From assembly GCF_001194135.2 (NCBI RefSeq), contig NC_068984.1, positions 1,052,456-1,089,091 of the forward strand: a stretch of DNA of 36,636 nt, read 5' to 3'. This document shows, piece after piece, positions 24,319 to 36,107 of this stretch. Each line of letters starts with the position of its first letter. The first letter of the stretch is position 1. The position numbers and the translations under genes are program-made. This stretch comes from Octopus bimaculoides. Lineage: Eukaryota. The notes beneath the pieces are model-generated. The model did no database searches. It had not been told where the DNA came from and saw nothing but the letters and a program-made list of their open reading frames with translations.

Positions 24319-24916
24319 AAGGCATGATGATTTATAGCAGAGCGAGACGAAATTGTCCCAGTAGTTATTCACGAGAACATCAGATGTTTTTCAGTATTCT
24401 TGAGACTTATCAGTGACGTACACTCGCTGCGTCCGCTTTGACGTACGGCGAATACAGTGAATAATACATCCACTGATATTGAAGAAAGCCACCGAGTTGA
24501 ATAAAAACTCAGTGTACACAATTGAAATACCTTTAAATTAAAATATCCATTTGTGTATCATACACAACGTATGAGCATCATTGAATAGCATGATGCTCTA
24601 GTTATTGTCTCTTAATAGATGTGCTGTATAGAAACTCAATATCTATCGGAGCGAGATACTGTCGTTCTGTCAGTGATTCAGGAAAGCTCCAGATGTATTT
24701 CAGCCCGGTGGCTGTATCTGTGAATGTGTTATTTACTGCCTTCTATATATCGAAGAGAACAGGTTTCGTTTAGGCATGTGACAAACGCCCAACAAGACTG
24801 AAGTGCATCTGGCGTTCGTGGGTCAACTGCTGGGGGTGATTTTTGTATCGCTCTGATATGCATTGTGCTTGTAGCACAGCAAGTCTTGTAAAGAGACTTT
24901 GTCTTGGACGGAAACA

Positions 24917-25458
24917 GAGTCGATTTTGCTTTTAATTAAATTGTGGTCGATGAAATATGTATTGGTCATATAATAGAGAAAGGTTCAATCGGTCATACAT
25001 CTCACAAATTTATCAATCTATCTATCTATCTATCTATCTGTCTGTCTGTCTGACTGTCTGTCTGCCTGTCTATCTATCTATCTATCTATCTATCTAGCTA
25101 TCTAGCTATCTATTTGTCTGTCTATCTACTTCTCTCTCTCTCTTTCTCTTTCTCTCTCTTTCTCTCTCTCTCTCCTTCTCTCTCTCTCTCTTTCTCTCTC
25201 TCTCTTTCTCTCTCTCTCTTTCTCTCTCTCTCTCTTTCTTTCTCTCTCTTTCTGTCTCTCTCTCTNNNNNNNNNNNNNNNNNNNNNNNNNNNNNNNNNNN
25301 NNNNNNNNNNNNNNNNNNNNNNNNNNNNNNNNNNNNNNNNNNNNNNNNNNNNNNNNNNNNNNNNNNNNNNNNNNNNNNNNNNNNNNNAGAGAGAGAGAGA
25401 GAGAGAGAGAGAGACGTTAAGTGTGGTGTATGGATAAATAGAGAGAGAGAGAAAGAGA

Positions 25459-25514
<56 letters not shown>

Positions 25515-25599
25515 AACAGAGATAGAAAGAGAGAGAGAAAGAGAGAGAGAAGTAGATAGACAGATAGACACATACACACACAGATAGATAGACAGACAA

Positions 25600-25675
<76 letters not shown>

Positions 25676-25805
25676 GACAGACAGACAGACAGACAGACAG
25701 ATAGATAGATAAATTTGTGAGATGTATGACCGATTGAACCTTTCTCTATTATATGACCAATACATATTTTATCGACCACAATTTAATTAAAAGCAAAATC
25801 GACTC
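24917..25805. repeat. Inverted duplication spanning an N gap (98-bp unique arms plus mirrored microsatellites)
   Basis: 24917-25014 is the reverse complement of 25708-25805 with one mismatch. Confidence 0.95.
25266..25387. other. Assembly gap (122 N)
   Basis: Run of N. Confidence 1.
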
Positions 25806-26369
25806 AAACGGGTGTTGAATGCAGATGGTATAGTTTTTGTGGCACTTTAAGATCTTAACGGATTTTATTATAAGCGATATGAATACCATTTACAAATAAA
25901 ACCTGTGCTTAAAGAACTATCATTTTAAGACTTGTTGAAAAGTATTTTCTTTTGTTTCCGAAGAGATTCATATTAAACGGTGTAATTTTTAATATAAAGA
26001 ATATATTTTTAACAAACGTAAAACAACTAATTAAGTGTATAATGTGGATGATTGACCTAAAAACAGCTGTTAGTAAATACAATACGAATACGCCATTAGA
26101 GTGGATTTCAAGTTATCCAAAGTGAAATCATTAAAACAGCTAAAAACAAGTAGACATTTTCCTTTATGATTCATTAATTTCTGTTCATTTAGTAATTCAT
26201 TACACCTCTAAAGTCTTAATTTAAATTATCTGCCCTGATTTTAGAGTTTATTTCTCCTCTTCAACTAAAGAGTTACAATTCGTAATTGGAAATGATTGAA
26301 CTGTGAAACATTTTAGCCGATCGGTTGGCCATTTATCATAGACTAAATTAGTTTTCCCTATTTTCAAAT

Positions 26370-26581
26370 ACATACTCACACACACACACACAATCACACA
26401 CACGCACACACACACACACACACAAATATACACATACAAACACACACACGCATATTTACGTATATGAGTGCATGTATGTGTATGTGTGTATATAAATACA
26501 AATATACATATACACACGTATATATGTGTGCATGTATGTATGTATGTATGTATGTATGTATGTATGTACAGATAGATAGAT

Positions 26582-26663
<82 letters not shown>

Positions 26664-26835
26664 CGTTCGTATATGTGTGTATGTATGTATATATATGTGT
26701 GTGTGTGTATGTGTATACATACATACACATACACACATATATATGAATACACACATACATATCTATATATACATACATGTGTGTGTGTGTGTGCGCGCGC
26801 GCGTGTGTGTGTGCGTGCGTGTGTGCGCGCGCGCG
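26370..26835. repeat. Compound microsatellite block (CA, TATG, GATA, GACA, GT/GC)
   Basis: Direct inspection. Confidence 0.97.
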
Positions 26836-27916
26836 CGCTTCTTCATTAAGTTCGTCTATTTATGCAGTATTTTTTTGTTTCCTCTTTTAACTTCCTCCGC
26901 CGGCCATACTACTTTCATAATTACATTTCCCTTGTTAAAGATCATTTCAGATCTAACTACTTAACTTATTTCAATATATTTAGAAATTGCTTACAACTGT
27001 CTGTTGCTTGGATGTTAATTCAAATGAAATAATATATTTATTTTAAGAATTATACAATGAAACACTCTATGGATGCTTCTGAGGAGAAAGATTACTTATC
27101 GCCAATTATAATCTCCCTCATACATCAAATCAGAAAATATTGTTACGCTATAATTCATCTTCCATTACAAACTGTATGAGGAACCTTCCCTTCACATTTA
27201 CTTACATAGAAATATCGTATACTAAGACAAGATTCCGTTCCTATAGTTCATGGCACTATAACCTTTCCATTCCATTGACCCACTTTCTCGTGCGCGTTAA
27301 GATGCTTCGAACTTTAGACACCCTGATATGTTTTTCATGAATTTATATATTTATACAAACAACCAAACAATTACATTTAGATATAGCTTCCTGTTGCTTC
27401 AATTAAGTCTTACTCGAGTAATTCTGGGATCAGAAATGTTCCGACTATGGCCACCACACCTGTTTAAAACAGAGTACGTCTGGGATTTTATAATGAAACA
27501 TTACCTACCGTTTTAAGATAGGATGGTATGATTTGAGAGAAATGTGACTGCTCCGTTTATTTGAGGCATACATGCACACAAATATACAAACATTTACACA
27601 ACTGATTTAAAGTCACTACAATTGTATCGACACATTTTTACACTTTTAATACATTGGTGAGATGTTGTGCAACTATTATCATCCATCCTAGGTGTAGGAT
27701 GCACCTCCTCAGCTGATTGTTTGAATAAGTCTTTCGTTAGACCCTCTCTTCATTCACATAGTGTGAGAGTGCTATAGAAGCTTACACATACATATGCACA
27801 CATACACGCTCGCGCACACACATACATCAGATACAAATAAGAAAGAAAAAACAATTTAAGTTATTATTAGGTTGACGCTCAAAGATGCAAAAATGTTACA
27901 GAGTAAATGTATAATG

Positions 27917-27952
27917 TTTAACGTTTCGGACATAGTCCTTCATCGGAGGGTA
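27917..27952 (-). ncRNA. Degenerate minimal hammerhead-like motif
   Basis: Minus strand reads CCGAUGA-A-GGAC/UAU/GUCC-GAA-ACGU-U. U4 is replaced by C and no stem I partner is found. Confidence 0.35.
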
Positions 27953-28570
27953 GAAAATATTTAGGAGAGACAAGGAAAAGAAGAAAGAAAGTTTTTAAAA
28001 AATGAAGTAGTAAGTAGAAAACGCATGTGGTTTAGGTTCATATACACGCTCACACACGCTTTGCAACCGAAGCAGTTGGCTACTCTCAGCATCTCTGACT
28101 TCAAACCATCACCAACCACTGGTGGACCTTTAGCAATATAATAATGTAAAAATGTAGTCGTTCAATAATTTCTCTCTTAAAATGTTGAGAAATATCCTAA
28201 GAGAATTTTTTACATTTTAATTATGTTTTGAACAATTCAATTTCTTTTGCCATCTAAACAATTTTAACTGTCCTCTTAAATATTATTTACAGTCGATAAA
28301 TTAATTATCATCGACTAATAACGATACGAGAATAATTAATGACATAATTACTAAAAATTAGAATGGTTTTAAAGAAGTGTTATTCATTAGTTGTCTTTTA
28401 TTATTGAAGTGTCCGTTTCTTTCACGAAACATAAAATGCAATAACACAACATCTATGAAGAAAACAGCAAACTACCACGTGGACACATGGAACTACTGGC
28501 ATTTTATGTTTATATGGTCTTGTCTTTTCTTGAACCTTCAACTCATGGAATCGAAGTCCTCATCGTGGGA

Positions 28571-28883
28571 TGTTGTATGTCTTGAGGACTTCTTACAGTC
28601 TGATGGAACCAAACCCTTTTCAGATCTGATCACAGGCAATTTCTTCCAGAGAGGAAGAAGGAGAGAGAGAGAGAGAGAGAAGATTGCTCAGCCAGTACTG
28701 AAGACATATATAGACTCTGAGGACTCTAACAGAGAACACCAGGGTTACCTGTGTTGTATGAGGTTACGAGTGTACAACAACGAATAACAATAGTCTCCTG
28801 GAAGTATCACTGAACGGGTGTAGAGTAAACAATAACGTTGTATTATTGATCTGTTAAATTGTAACCATCACAAAATATCAACA
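28571..28883 (+). mobile_element. Possible solo LTR
   Basis: TGTTG...CAACA termini, 313 bp; no matching target-site duplication. Confidence 0.3.
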
Positions 28884-29039
28884 ACTATATCGTGTTAGAA
28901 CTCAGTCCATCTTTGTCGGTTCCATTATTGTCAGCACTAGATTGCGGAGCTTTTATGAGGTGCTTGATCTACTAGAAGTAGAGACCAAATCTCACTCAAA
29001 TTACACTTTATCCTCTTAGAAAATAACTCGTTGAATGAT

Positions 29040-29160
29040 GTAGTTCTAAATCCCCGGCGCATGGGGAAAAGACGGGATTGTCACGGCTGGAATCCTTTTG
29101 ATCGTAGGTCTGTCGATCAGGGTTGTCCCAGAGTTAAACACCACAAACAACAACAACAAA
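29040..29160 (+). mobile_element. SINE-like 3' fragment with (AAC)n tail (related piece at ~33670-33745)
   Basis: gtcacggctggaatcc...gatcagggttgtcc...aaacaacaacaac, similar to 33670-33745. Confidence 0.45.
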
Positions 29161-29703
29161 CACAGAAAAAATATATAAGAACGGAGAAAGTACAACGTTC
29201 CAAGACTACAACACTACCAAAACTAACTATCATATGTCTGAATGCAGAATAGGTTCCTCAACACTAGTAGAGTTCCTAAAACCATTTTTACCGTATTTCC
29301 CTTTTGTACCAATTTCCAATCTTGATTTTCTGACTCACATATCATAAATGAATCCACAATTATAATATTGCAGAAAATTACACAATTTTTGACTAAATGT
29401 AATAACTACAGCCTTAAATAGTTTCTTATATTCTTGGATTCTCATATTCTTATATTCTTACAGTCTTATATTCCGATACTTCTATCAGCCTATATTTCCA
29501 GAATTTTTCCTGGAATACTGAAATTTTCTTGTTGGTGGGGAAGGAGGTACTCCATCACCAAGATTAAGATTTACAAACAAACAAGAAAAGATGAATTTAT
29601 AGCAGACCCAGTTTTGTAGAACTGCAGGGAGATCCACTCATAACCGTTCTCGTGATTACCCTCGTGACATGCGGTGGTTTGATCCTGACTGACATGGAGT
29701 CAC

Positions 29704-29734
<31 letters not shown>

Positions 29735-30202
29735 GCACAACTGGGTGTGCAACCAGAGCGGAGTACCAGAGATCGAAAGGAGTTCGCTCCACACTGGGCC
29801 CGCCTACAAATTATGCAAGCGAAGCTCAAGAATACAACCGACATGGTCCCCAGAAGAAGCTCATGAATGGACGTAGAGGATGGAATTCAAATCAGCATTT
29901 GCGCCGTACCGTCGTCCCAAATAAACTGAATTCACTTCCGAGATTCTACTTCAGACGACGGAACAAGTTTTACAATTAATGTTGGTTACCAGAGTCACAG
30001 TGACTCAATTGAAAAACTGTTCGGCCCGTTAGAAAGAGCAGCTAAATTTCCCTCAACTCATTTATACGCAGCTGATTTAACAAAAGGTAGATCATATTGG
30101 ATAATGTAATCTTAAATGCATTAAGTCTGAAAAAATTAAGACCGAGTAGGCGCGGCTGAAACGTCTTATATCATTGGCTTTCCGCAGGGAATTTACCTGG
30201 GT

Positions 30203-30434
30203 CTAAACCTTAAGCATTCAGATTTATTCTGTCAAATGTAATCCTTATTTATTCATATTGTTTTGAATTAATCATGGATTATCTCGTAGCTTTGAGATTT
30301 CGATGATGTGATCGTTCATGTTTAGAATAACATTGTAGGGTAGGTGTGAGAGGCTAGATCTGACCGGTTTGACAAAAGAAAAACAGGTAGGATATTTGGG
30401 CCGGATGTTGTCAGTTTAAATGCTAAACGGCTAA
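30203..30434. mobile_element. piggyBac-like MITE
   Basis: CTAA on both flanks (30203-06 and 30431-34); degenerate TIRs accttaagcatt / aatgctaaacgg. Confidence 0.6.
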
Positions 30435-30894
30435 ACAACAATAACAACAACAACAGCCAAAAGAGAACTCAACTCGAAAGCTGTTTAATAATTATCTGTG
30501 ACTGCGAATAGCAAAATAGCGTTTTTTATATTTCCGTTTTTTTTTTTTTTGTTTTTTTTTGCGTAGAATTTGTAAATCAGACATTTAACCAGAGGAGCAA
30601 AACAAAAAAACGTACATTCTTTAAAAGAAGAAAGCGAAGCCGGAAACGAGTAAAAGAGAAGGAAAAGGGAGAGGAGAGAGATTCAGAGGGGGAAGAAGGA
30701 GGAGAAGGAGATGGAGGTGGAGAACAGTGCAATTTTAACGATATGTAAATGAGGTTTTAAAACGATTATATTTGTTCAACAAGAGAAAAGTAAATTTGAT
30801 AAAATGGAGAACTCATATTTCTATATTGGGTATAAAAGACGGCATTAAATGGAGTCGCTAGATTAGTTTGAATAGATTAGTTTATTTTTTTCTC

Positions 30895-31075
30895 TCTCTC
30901 TGCATGTGCGGTGTGTGTGTGTGCATATATACTATACATACGTACATATACACACAGACACACACCACACACACACACGCACACATATACGCACATACAC
31001 ACCAAGCTACAGTGGGAAGATATGTATATATGCACCTGTATATTTATACATATACATGTATATATGTATAAACCT

Positions 31076-31128
<53 letters not shown>

Positions 31129-31222
31129 TATATATACACACATATATACGCATATGCATATATATATACATATATGTGTGCACATTTGTATTTACGTGTA
31201 AACTATATTAGAGAACATTTCG

Positions 31223-31254
<32 letters not shown>

Positions 31255-31256
31255 CA

Positions 31257-31294
<38 letters not shown>

Positions 31295-31668
31295 GTTGTT
31301 GTTGTTGTTATTGTTATTATTATTATCATTATCGTTATTATTATTATTATTTTTATTAGATTCTGTCAAAATTTCAAAAAAGGTTATTAGGAACAAAATC
31401 AATATATTTTATTTCTGAAAGATACAAGCCTCGTCATCTTCCTCATAAACTGGTTTGTGACGGTAGAATTCTCCTTCCTCCTCTCTCCCTCCTTCGTATT
31501 CTTTCTCTCCCTCTCTGTCTCTCTCCCTCTCTGTCTCTCTCCCACTTCTCTCCCTCTCTCTCGCTTTTTCTCATTCCTTCTCGCCCTCTCTCGCTCTCTT
31601 TTGTTTCTCTCTCTTTCTTCCTTTCTCTTTCTGCATTTCGTACACACAAATATATACAAACCTTCATT

Positions 31669-31763
<95 letters not shown>

Positions 31764-31960
31764 ATGTATATATATATATATACATATATACATACATATA
31801 TAGACATATATATATATATGCACATAAATGCATCGATAGAAAGATATATGTATATACACATGCATACATATGTGTGTATATGTATATGTATATATATATA
31901 CATGTATGTGTGTTAAATGTATATATGTGTGTGTTTGTGTACACATACGCATGTTTATAC
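30895..31960. repeat. Compound microsatellite blocks (CA, CT, ATT, TA)
   Basis: Direct inspection; the overlapping ORFs are low-complexity read-throughs. Confidence 0.95.
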
Positions 31961-32821
31961 ATACAAACTTCTATGCATATTTATTCATTTGTACATATTT
32001 GTGAGGATTTAATGTGAAATATGAGTTTAAATAAATTGACTCTGTGAGGTGTCTTTAAGTGTACATGATTTATGTATCTATTTATTTTTAACTCGCTCAT
32101 ACGCTTGTCTGTTGGTCTGTCCGTTCCTCCATTATCTGTGTATTTATTCCCCACCTCCTCCATCCATACACAGAGGGAGTGAAAGAGGTGAGTGGAAGAA
32201 ACATCGGGTTCTGAATTCACTTATGCGCATGTCACGATGCTGCTGTTTTCGAGCAGTCCACAAATCGAGTAGGATTTTACAAGTAACTCTACAATAACGC
32301 ATTCCGTCCATGACTACCCCACTTTTTGTTTCAGGCATAGTTGTACCACGAGCCACACATGCCAATATGTTATTTCCTGTTCAGTAATAGCTGTGTCATT
32401 TGAGGGAGATGTGGCTCTTATTTCTAACAAATACATTACTAACCCTTCGTGCAGCCTTCCGTTATTGGTCATTAGGTTCCTTTTATATGTAGTAGGTCCC
32501 TTGTCAAGTTACGTCTGTGGCTTCTAAGCTACGATGTGTGTACACTTCAAAAGCAAGTATAGTGTGTTATTTTTAAGATGAACTCTCTACAGTTGCAGCA
32601 ACCGAGCGAGTCATTAATATAATGGCGCACTTGATTAATAAATCAAAAATCATGTGACGAAAGAAAATAACTTTGATGGGATGTTGCCAATTTAATGTGG
32701 CAGTTCCATGAAAGGGAAGAATGCTACTGCTATTTAGCCCTAAAAAACACCGTTTCCAATTGGCCATGACACATTTTCTATGTCCTTATGTTTCCAAAGG
32801 GGGAGATAAGCACCTCCACCC

Positions 32822-32893
32822 AGCAAAGCCAGCATCCAGAGATTAGTTTCACAGTCATTGCTCATCATCAGTCTGGAGTAGCATGGCTTGTTA
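32822..32893 (-). ncRNA. Type I hammerhead ribozyme motif (copy 2, more degenerate)
   Basis: Minus strand reads CCAGA-CUGAUGA-UGAGCAAUGACUGU-GAA-ACUAAU-C-UCUGG-AU-GC-UGGCUUUGCU. Stem I is intact; stem II and the stem III palindrome each carry a substitution. Confidence 0.7.
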
Positions 32894-33119
32894 GCTGTCG
32901 ATGCTTATTTGCCTTTGAAAACATATAGATTTGCAGTAGCATTCTTCCCTTTCATGGGACTGCCACATTAAGTTGGCAATATATCATCACTTTATTGTAC
33001 TGCAGCTGTATAGATCTCTCTGAGAGATTTAGAAATGTAACATTTCTATTTTCAAAAACCAGTGAATGTATTTCACTTGAAATATATATGTTTTCAAAGA
33101 CGAATAAGCATCGACAGCT

Positions 33120-33190
33120 AGCAAACCATGCTACGCCAGACTGATGATGAGCAATGACTCTGAAACTAGTCTCTGGATGCTGGCTTTGCT
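33120..33190 (+). ncRNA. Type I hammerhead ribozyme motif (copy 1)
   Basis: CCAGA(33136-40)-CUGAUGA(33141-47)-U-GAG/CAAUGA/CUC-U-GAA(33162-64)-ACUAGU(palindrome, 33165-70)-C17(33171)-UCUGG(33172-76). Stem I extends through an internal loop into AGCAAACCA/UGGCUUUGCU. The first position of stem II is a non-canonical U.U. Confidence 0.8.
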
Positions 33191-33759
33191 GGGTGGAGGT
33201 GCTTATCTCCACTTTGGAAACATGTGTCATGGCCAACAGGAAACGGTGTTTCCTAGGGCTAAGTAGCATTAGCATTCTTCCCTTTCCTGGAACTTCCACA
33301 TTAAGTTGGCAACATACCATCACTTAGTCGAGCTGCTACTGTATAAATCTCTCTGAAAGATTCAGAAATGTAATGCTTCTATTTTCGAAAATAACTTATC
33401 TCAGTTGTTTATTTTTTTGTAGGTACAATACAGATATTGATGCAGGAGGGGGGGAGGGGCAAGGTAATGTGATTATGTGAGATTATGCCTTTAGGGAGTT
33501 GAAAGGCTGCGGTGACACAAAAACAAATGGTAGCCAAGTAGTTTAATTTAACCAATTTTATACCGCAGCATGATCACGTGACCAGCTACAAATACCAGAC
33601 AAATCACCCTTCAATTACAAATTACCGTCTTAATGAAAGAAAGTATACACCTCACACGTAACGACGTGATGGTCATGGCTGGAATTCGGCTCGTAATATG
33701 TCTGCTTGATAAGGGCTGATTTGGACAAACGCAACAAGAACGATAATAAAAGTACATGT

Positions 33760-33846
33760 TCCACGATCTCTGGAATAAGGTGAAAGGAAGTACTTGCCCA
33801 AGAGCATAGGTGCCACCTGATCGAATACTAACCACTAGGCCACCCG
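33760..33846 (-). mobile_element. SINE head fragment
   Basis: Minus strand gggtggcctagtggttagtattcgatc...ctcttgggcaagtactt. Confidence 0.55.
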
Positions 33847-33879
33847 TTTACACACTCACACATAAACATACACACACAC

Positions 33880-33950
<71 letters not shown>

Positions 33951-34798
33951 TCAACGAATGGTGTCTGAAGAAATGTATCATTCGTATTTCAAAGAGAATT
34001 CTTAACACAAGATAGGAAAAAGTTTGTGTAAAATATATATGAAGATAACTAAAAATGTTTGATGAAAAAATTAACGTAAGTGCGTGTAATAATATTTCTG
34101 TGGTGGCCTCTTTAATCCGGTACATCTTTAGGATTTTAAGAGGTACATACGCAGGCATCGGCATTATGAGAGAAACTCCGATCTTGTGCTGAAGTAATTA
34201 ACGGAATGAGGTATTCCAAATTTGTTTCCTTCTTTCATTCATGAATGTCTACAAACGCAATCAAGTATCGTCTGTTTGTGTCAAAAGTTAACTTTGCCAT
34301 TCCACAATAACAGATTGAAATACAGAGATCAATATAATTTAGCAAACACTTGAAGACAGCGCTCCATCACAGCTGCAGTCGAATTACTGAAGCCTGTAAA
34401 AGTATAAATGTTGCCAAACATATAATTTGGTTGTTATTTAGACCACAAGAGTATCAGTGCTGTCTTAGTAGAGCAGCCTACTTAGTATTAGTGCATTTCA
34501 TATTTAATCAATACCGAAATAGATTAAAGCCTTCTTCCTTTAATGATGAAAGAACAAACGTAGGAATCATTCGTACTTAATCATTCAATGGAATATTGTG
34601 AATTAACGGTTCTTTAAAGAACATAAAAGGCTTTTTTTTTTTTGGTTAAAGATAAAGGAATGGGAATTAAACTGTTTTAACAATTCTCTTAGAAACGCGA
34701 CATATTTCCCCAACCATCATTAAGTAGATGTGAGTGTCTTACATATTTTTCTCTTCCTCTATCATTTTCCTCGCCTTTCTTTCTTTCTTTCTTCTCTC

Positions 34799-34829
<31 letters not shown>

Positions 34830-34954
34830 TTATTTCCGTCTTTCTACCTCTTTTCCTCTCTCCCTCTCTCCCTCTTTCACTCTCTCATTATTTCCGTCTT
34901 TCCACCTCCCCCGCTCTCTTCGTCTTTTTATTTCCGTCTTTCCGCTTCTCTCCT

Positions 34955-34992
<38 letters not shown>

Positions 34993-35287
34993 CCCCTTTC
35001 TATTTAGCTGTCTGTCTCAGTTCCTGTTCTAGGAAAGTGATTTTAATCCTTCACCCGATTCAACGCAACCTCCTGTTTCATGGGTCTTTCTAACAAAGCC
35101 CTTTCTTTCGCATGTGTCAGGGGAGGGTCCGGCCTCGTGATAACTGTTTCTTTTCTAGTCTCAAAGAAAATCATGAAGGCCATTCTGCTTTTATCTGAGT
35201 TATATAAAAAAAATCTCAGCTACAAACGCAGACACGCTATCTGCGCATTAAAAGACTAGCTAAGTTAGTGTTAACATAAATAATGCA

Positions 35288-35853
35288 NNNNNNNNNNNNN
35301 NNNNNNNNNNNNNNNNNNNNNNNNNNNNNNNNNNNNNNNNNNNNNNNNNNNNNNNNNNNNNNNNNNNNNNNNNNNNNNNNNNNNNNNNNNNNNNNNNNNN
35401 NNNNNNNNNNNNNNNNNNNNNNNNNNNNNNNNNNNNNNNNNNNNNNNNNNNNNNNNNNNNNNNNNNNNNNNNNNNNNNNNNNNNNNNNNNNNNNNNNNNN
35501 NNNNNNNNNNNNNNNNNNNNNNNNNNNNNNNNNNNNNNNNNNNNNNNNNNNNNNNNNNNNNNNNNNNNNNNNNNNNNNNNNNNNNNNNNNNNNNNNNNNN
35601 NNNNNNNNNNNNNNNNNNNNNNNNNNNNNNNNNNNNNNNNNNNNNNNNNNNNNNNNNNNNNNNNNNNNNNNNNNNNNNNNNNNNNNNNNNNNNNNNNNNN
35701 NNNNNNNNNNNNNNNNNNNNNNNNNNNNNNNNNNNNNNNNNNNNNNNNNNNNNNNNNNNNNNNNNNNNNNNNNNNNNNNNNNNNNNNNNNNNNNNNNNNN
35801 NNNNNNNNNNNNNNNNNNNNNNNNNNNNNNNNNNNNNNNNNNNNNNNNNNNNN
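35288..35853. other. Assembly gap (566 N)
   Basis: Run of N. Confidence 1.
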
Positions 35854-35891
<38 letters not shown>

Positions 35892-35909
35892 GTTATTATT
35901 ATTATTATT

Positions 35910-36107
35910 TGTATGACTTTTGCTTTGTATTTGTACAAGTTGGCTCCAAGTCTCACACAGAGACCTCAAGAGACAACAAGTTAGAAGTTCATGCTGGTGT
36001 TATGCCTAGGGTGTCATATATTTAGTTTTGTACATAGTATTGTTCTAGAGAATGTTTAAGAAAACATAAGAAAAATATGAGTTTGTTTTAAAATTTGAGA
36101 TTACATA
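35910..36107 (-). mobile_element. R4/Dong LINE 3' UTR with (AAT)n tail running into the gap
   Basis: High identity to 10635-10835; tail at 35854-35909. Confidence 0.85.

Larger units (their letters stand above)
32675..33396. mobile_element. Retrozyme-like ~333-bp repeat unit: direct partial copies plus an inverted copy
   Basis: Direct repeat with a 333-bp period (agcattcttccc at 32938 and 33271). 32675-32930 is an inverted, diverged copy of 33081-33321. Each near-complete unit holds one hammerhead motif. Confidence 0.6.

Noticed and set aside
25106-26964. Long ORFs here and at 19453-19828, 30868-32017, 34730-35093 and 35237-35984
   Set aside because: Translations of microsatellites or N gaps.
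3493-33846. SINE heads as tRNA genes
   Set aside because: No complete cloverleaf; they continue into SINE bodies.
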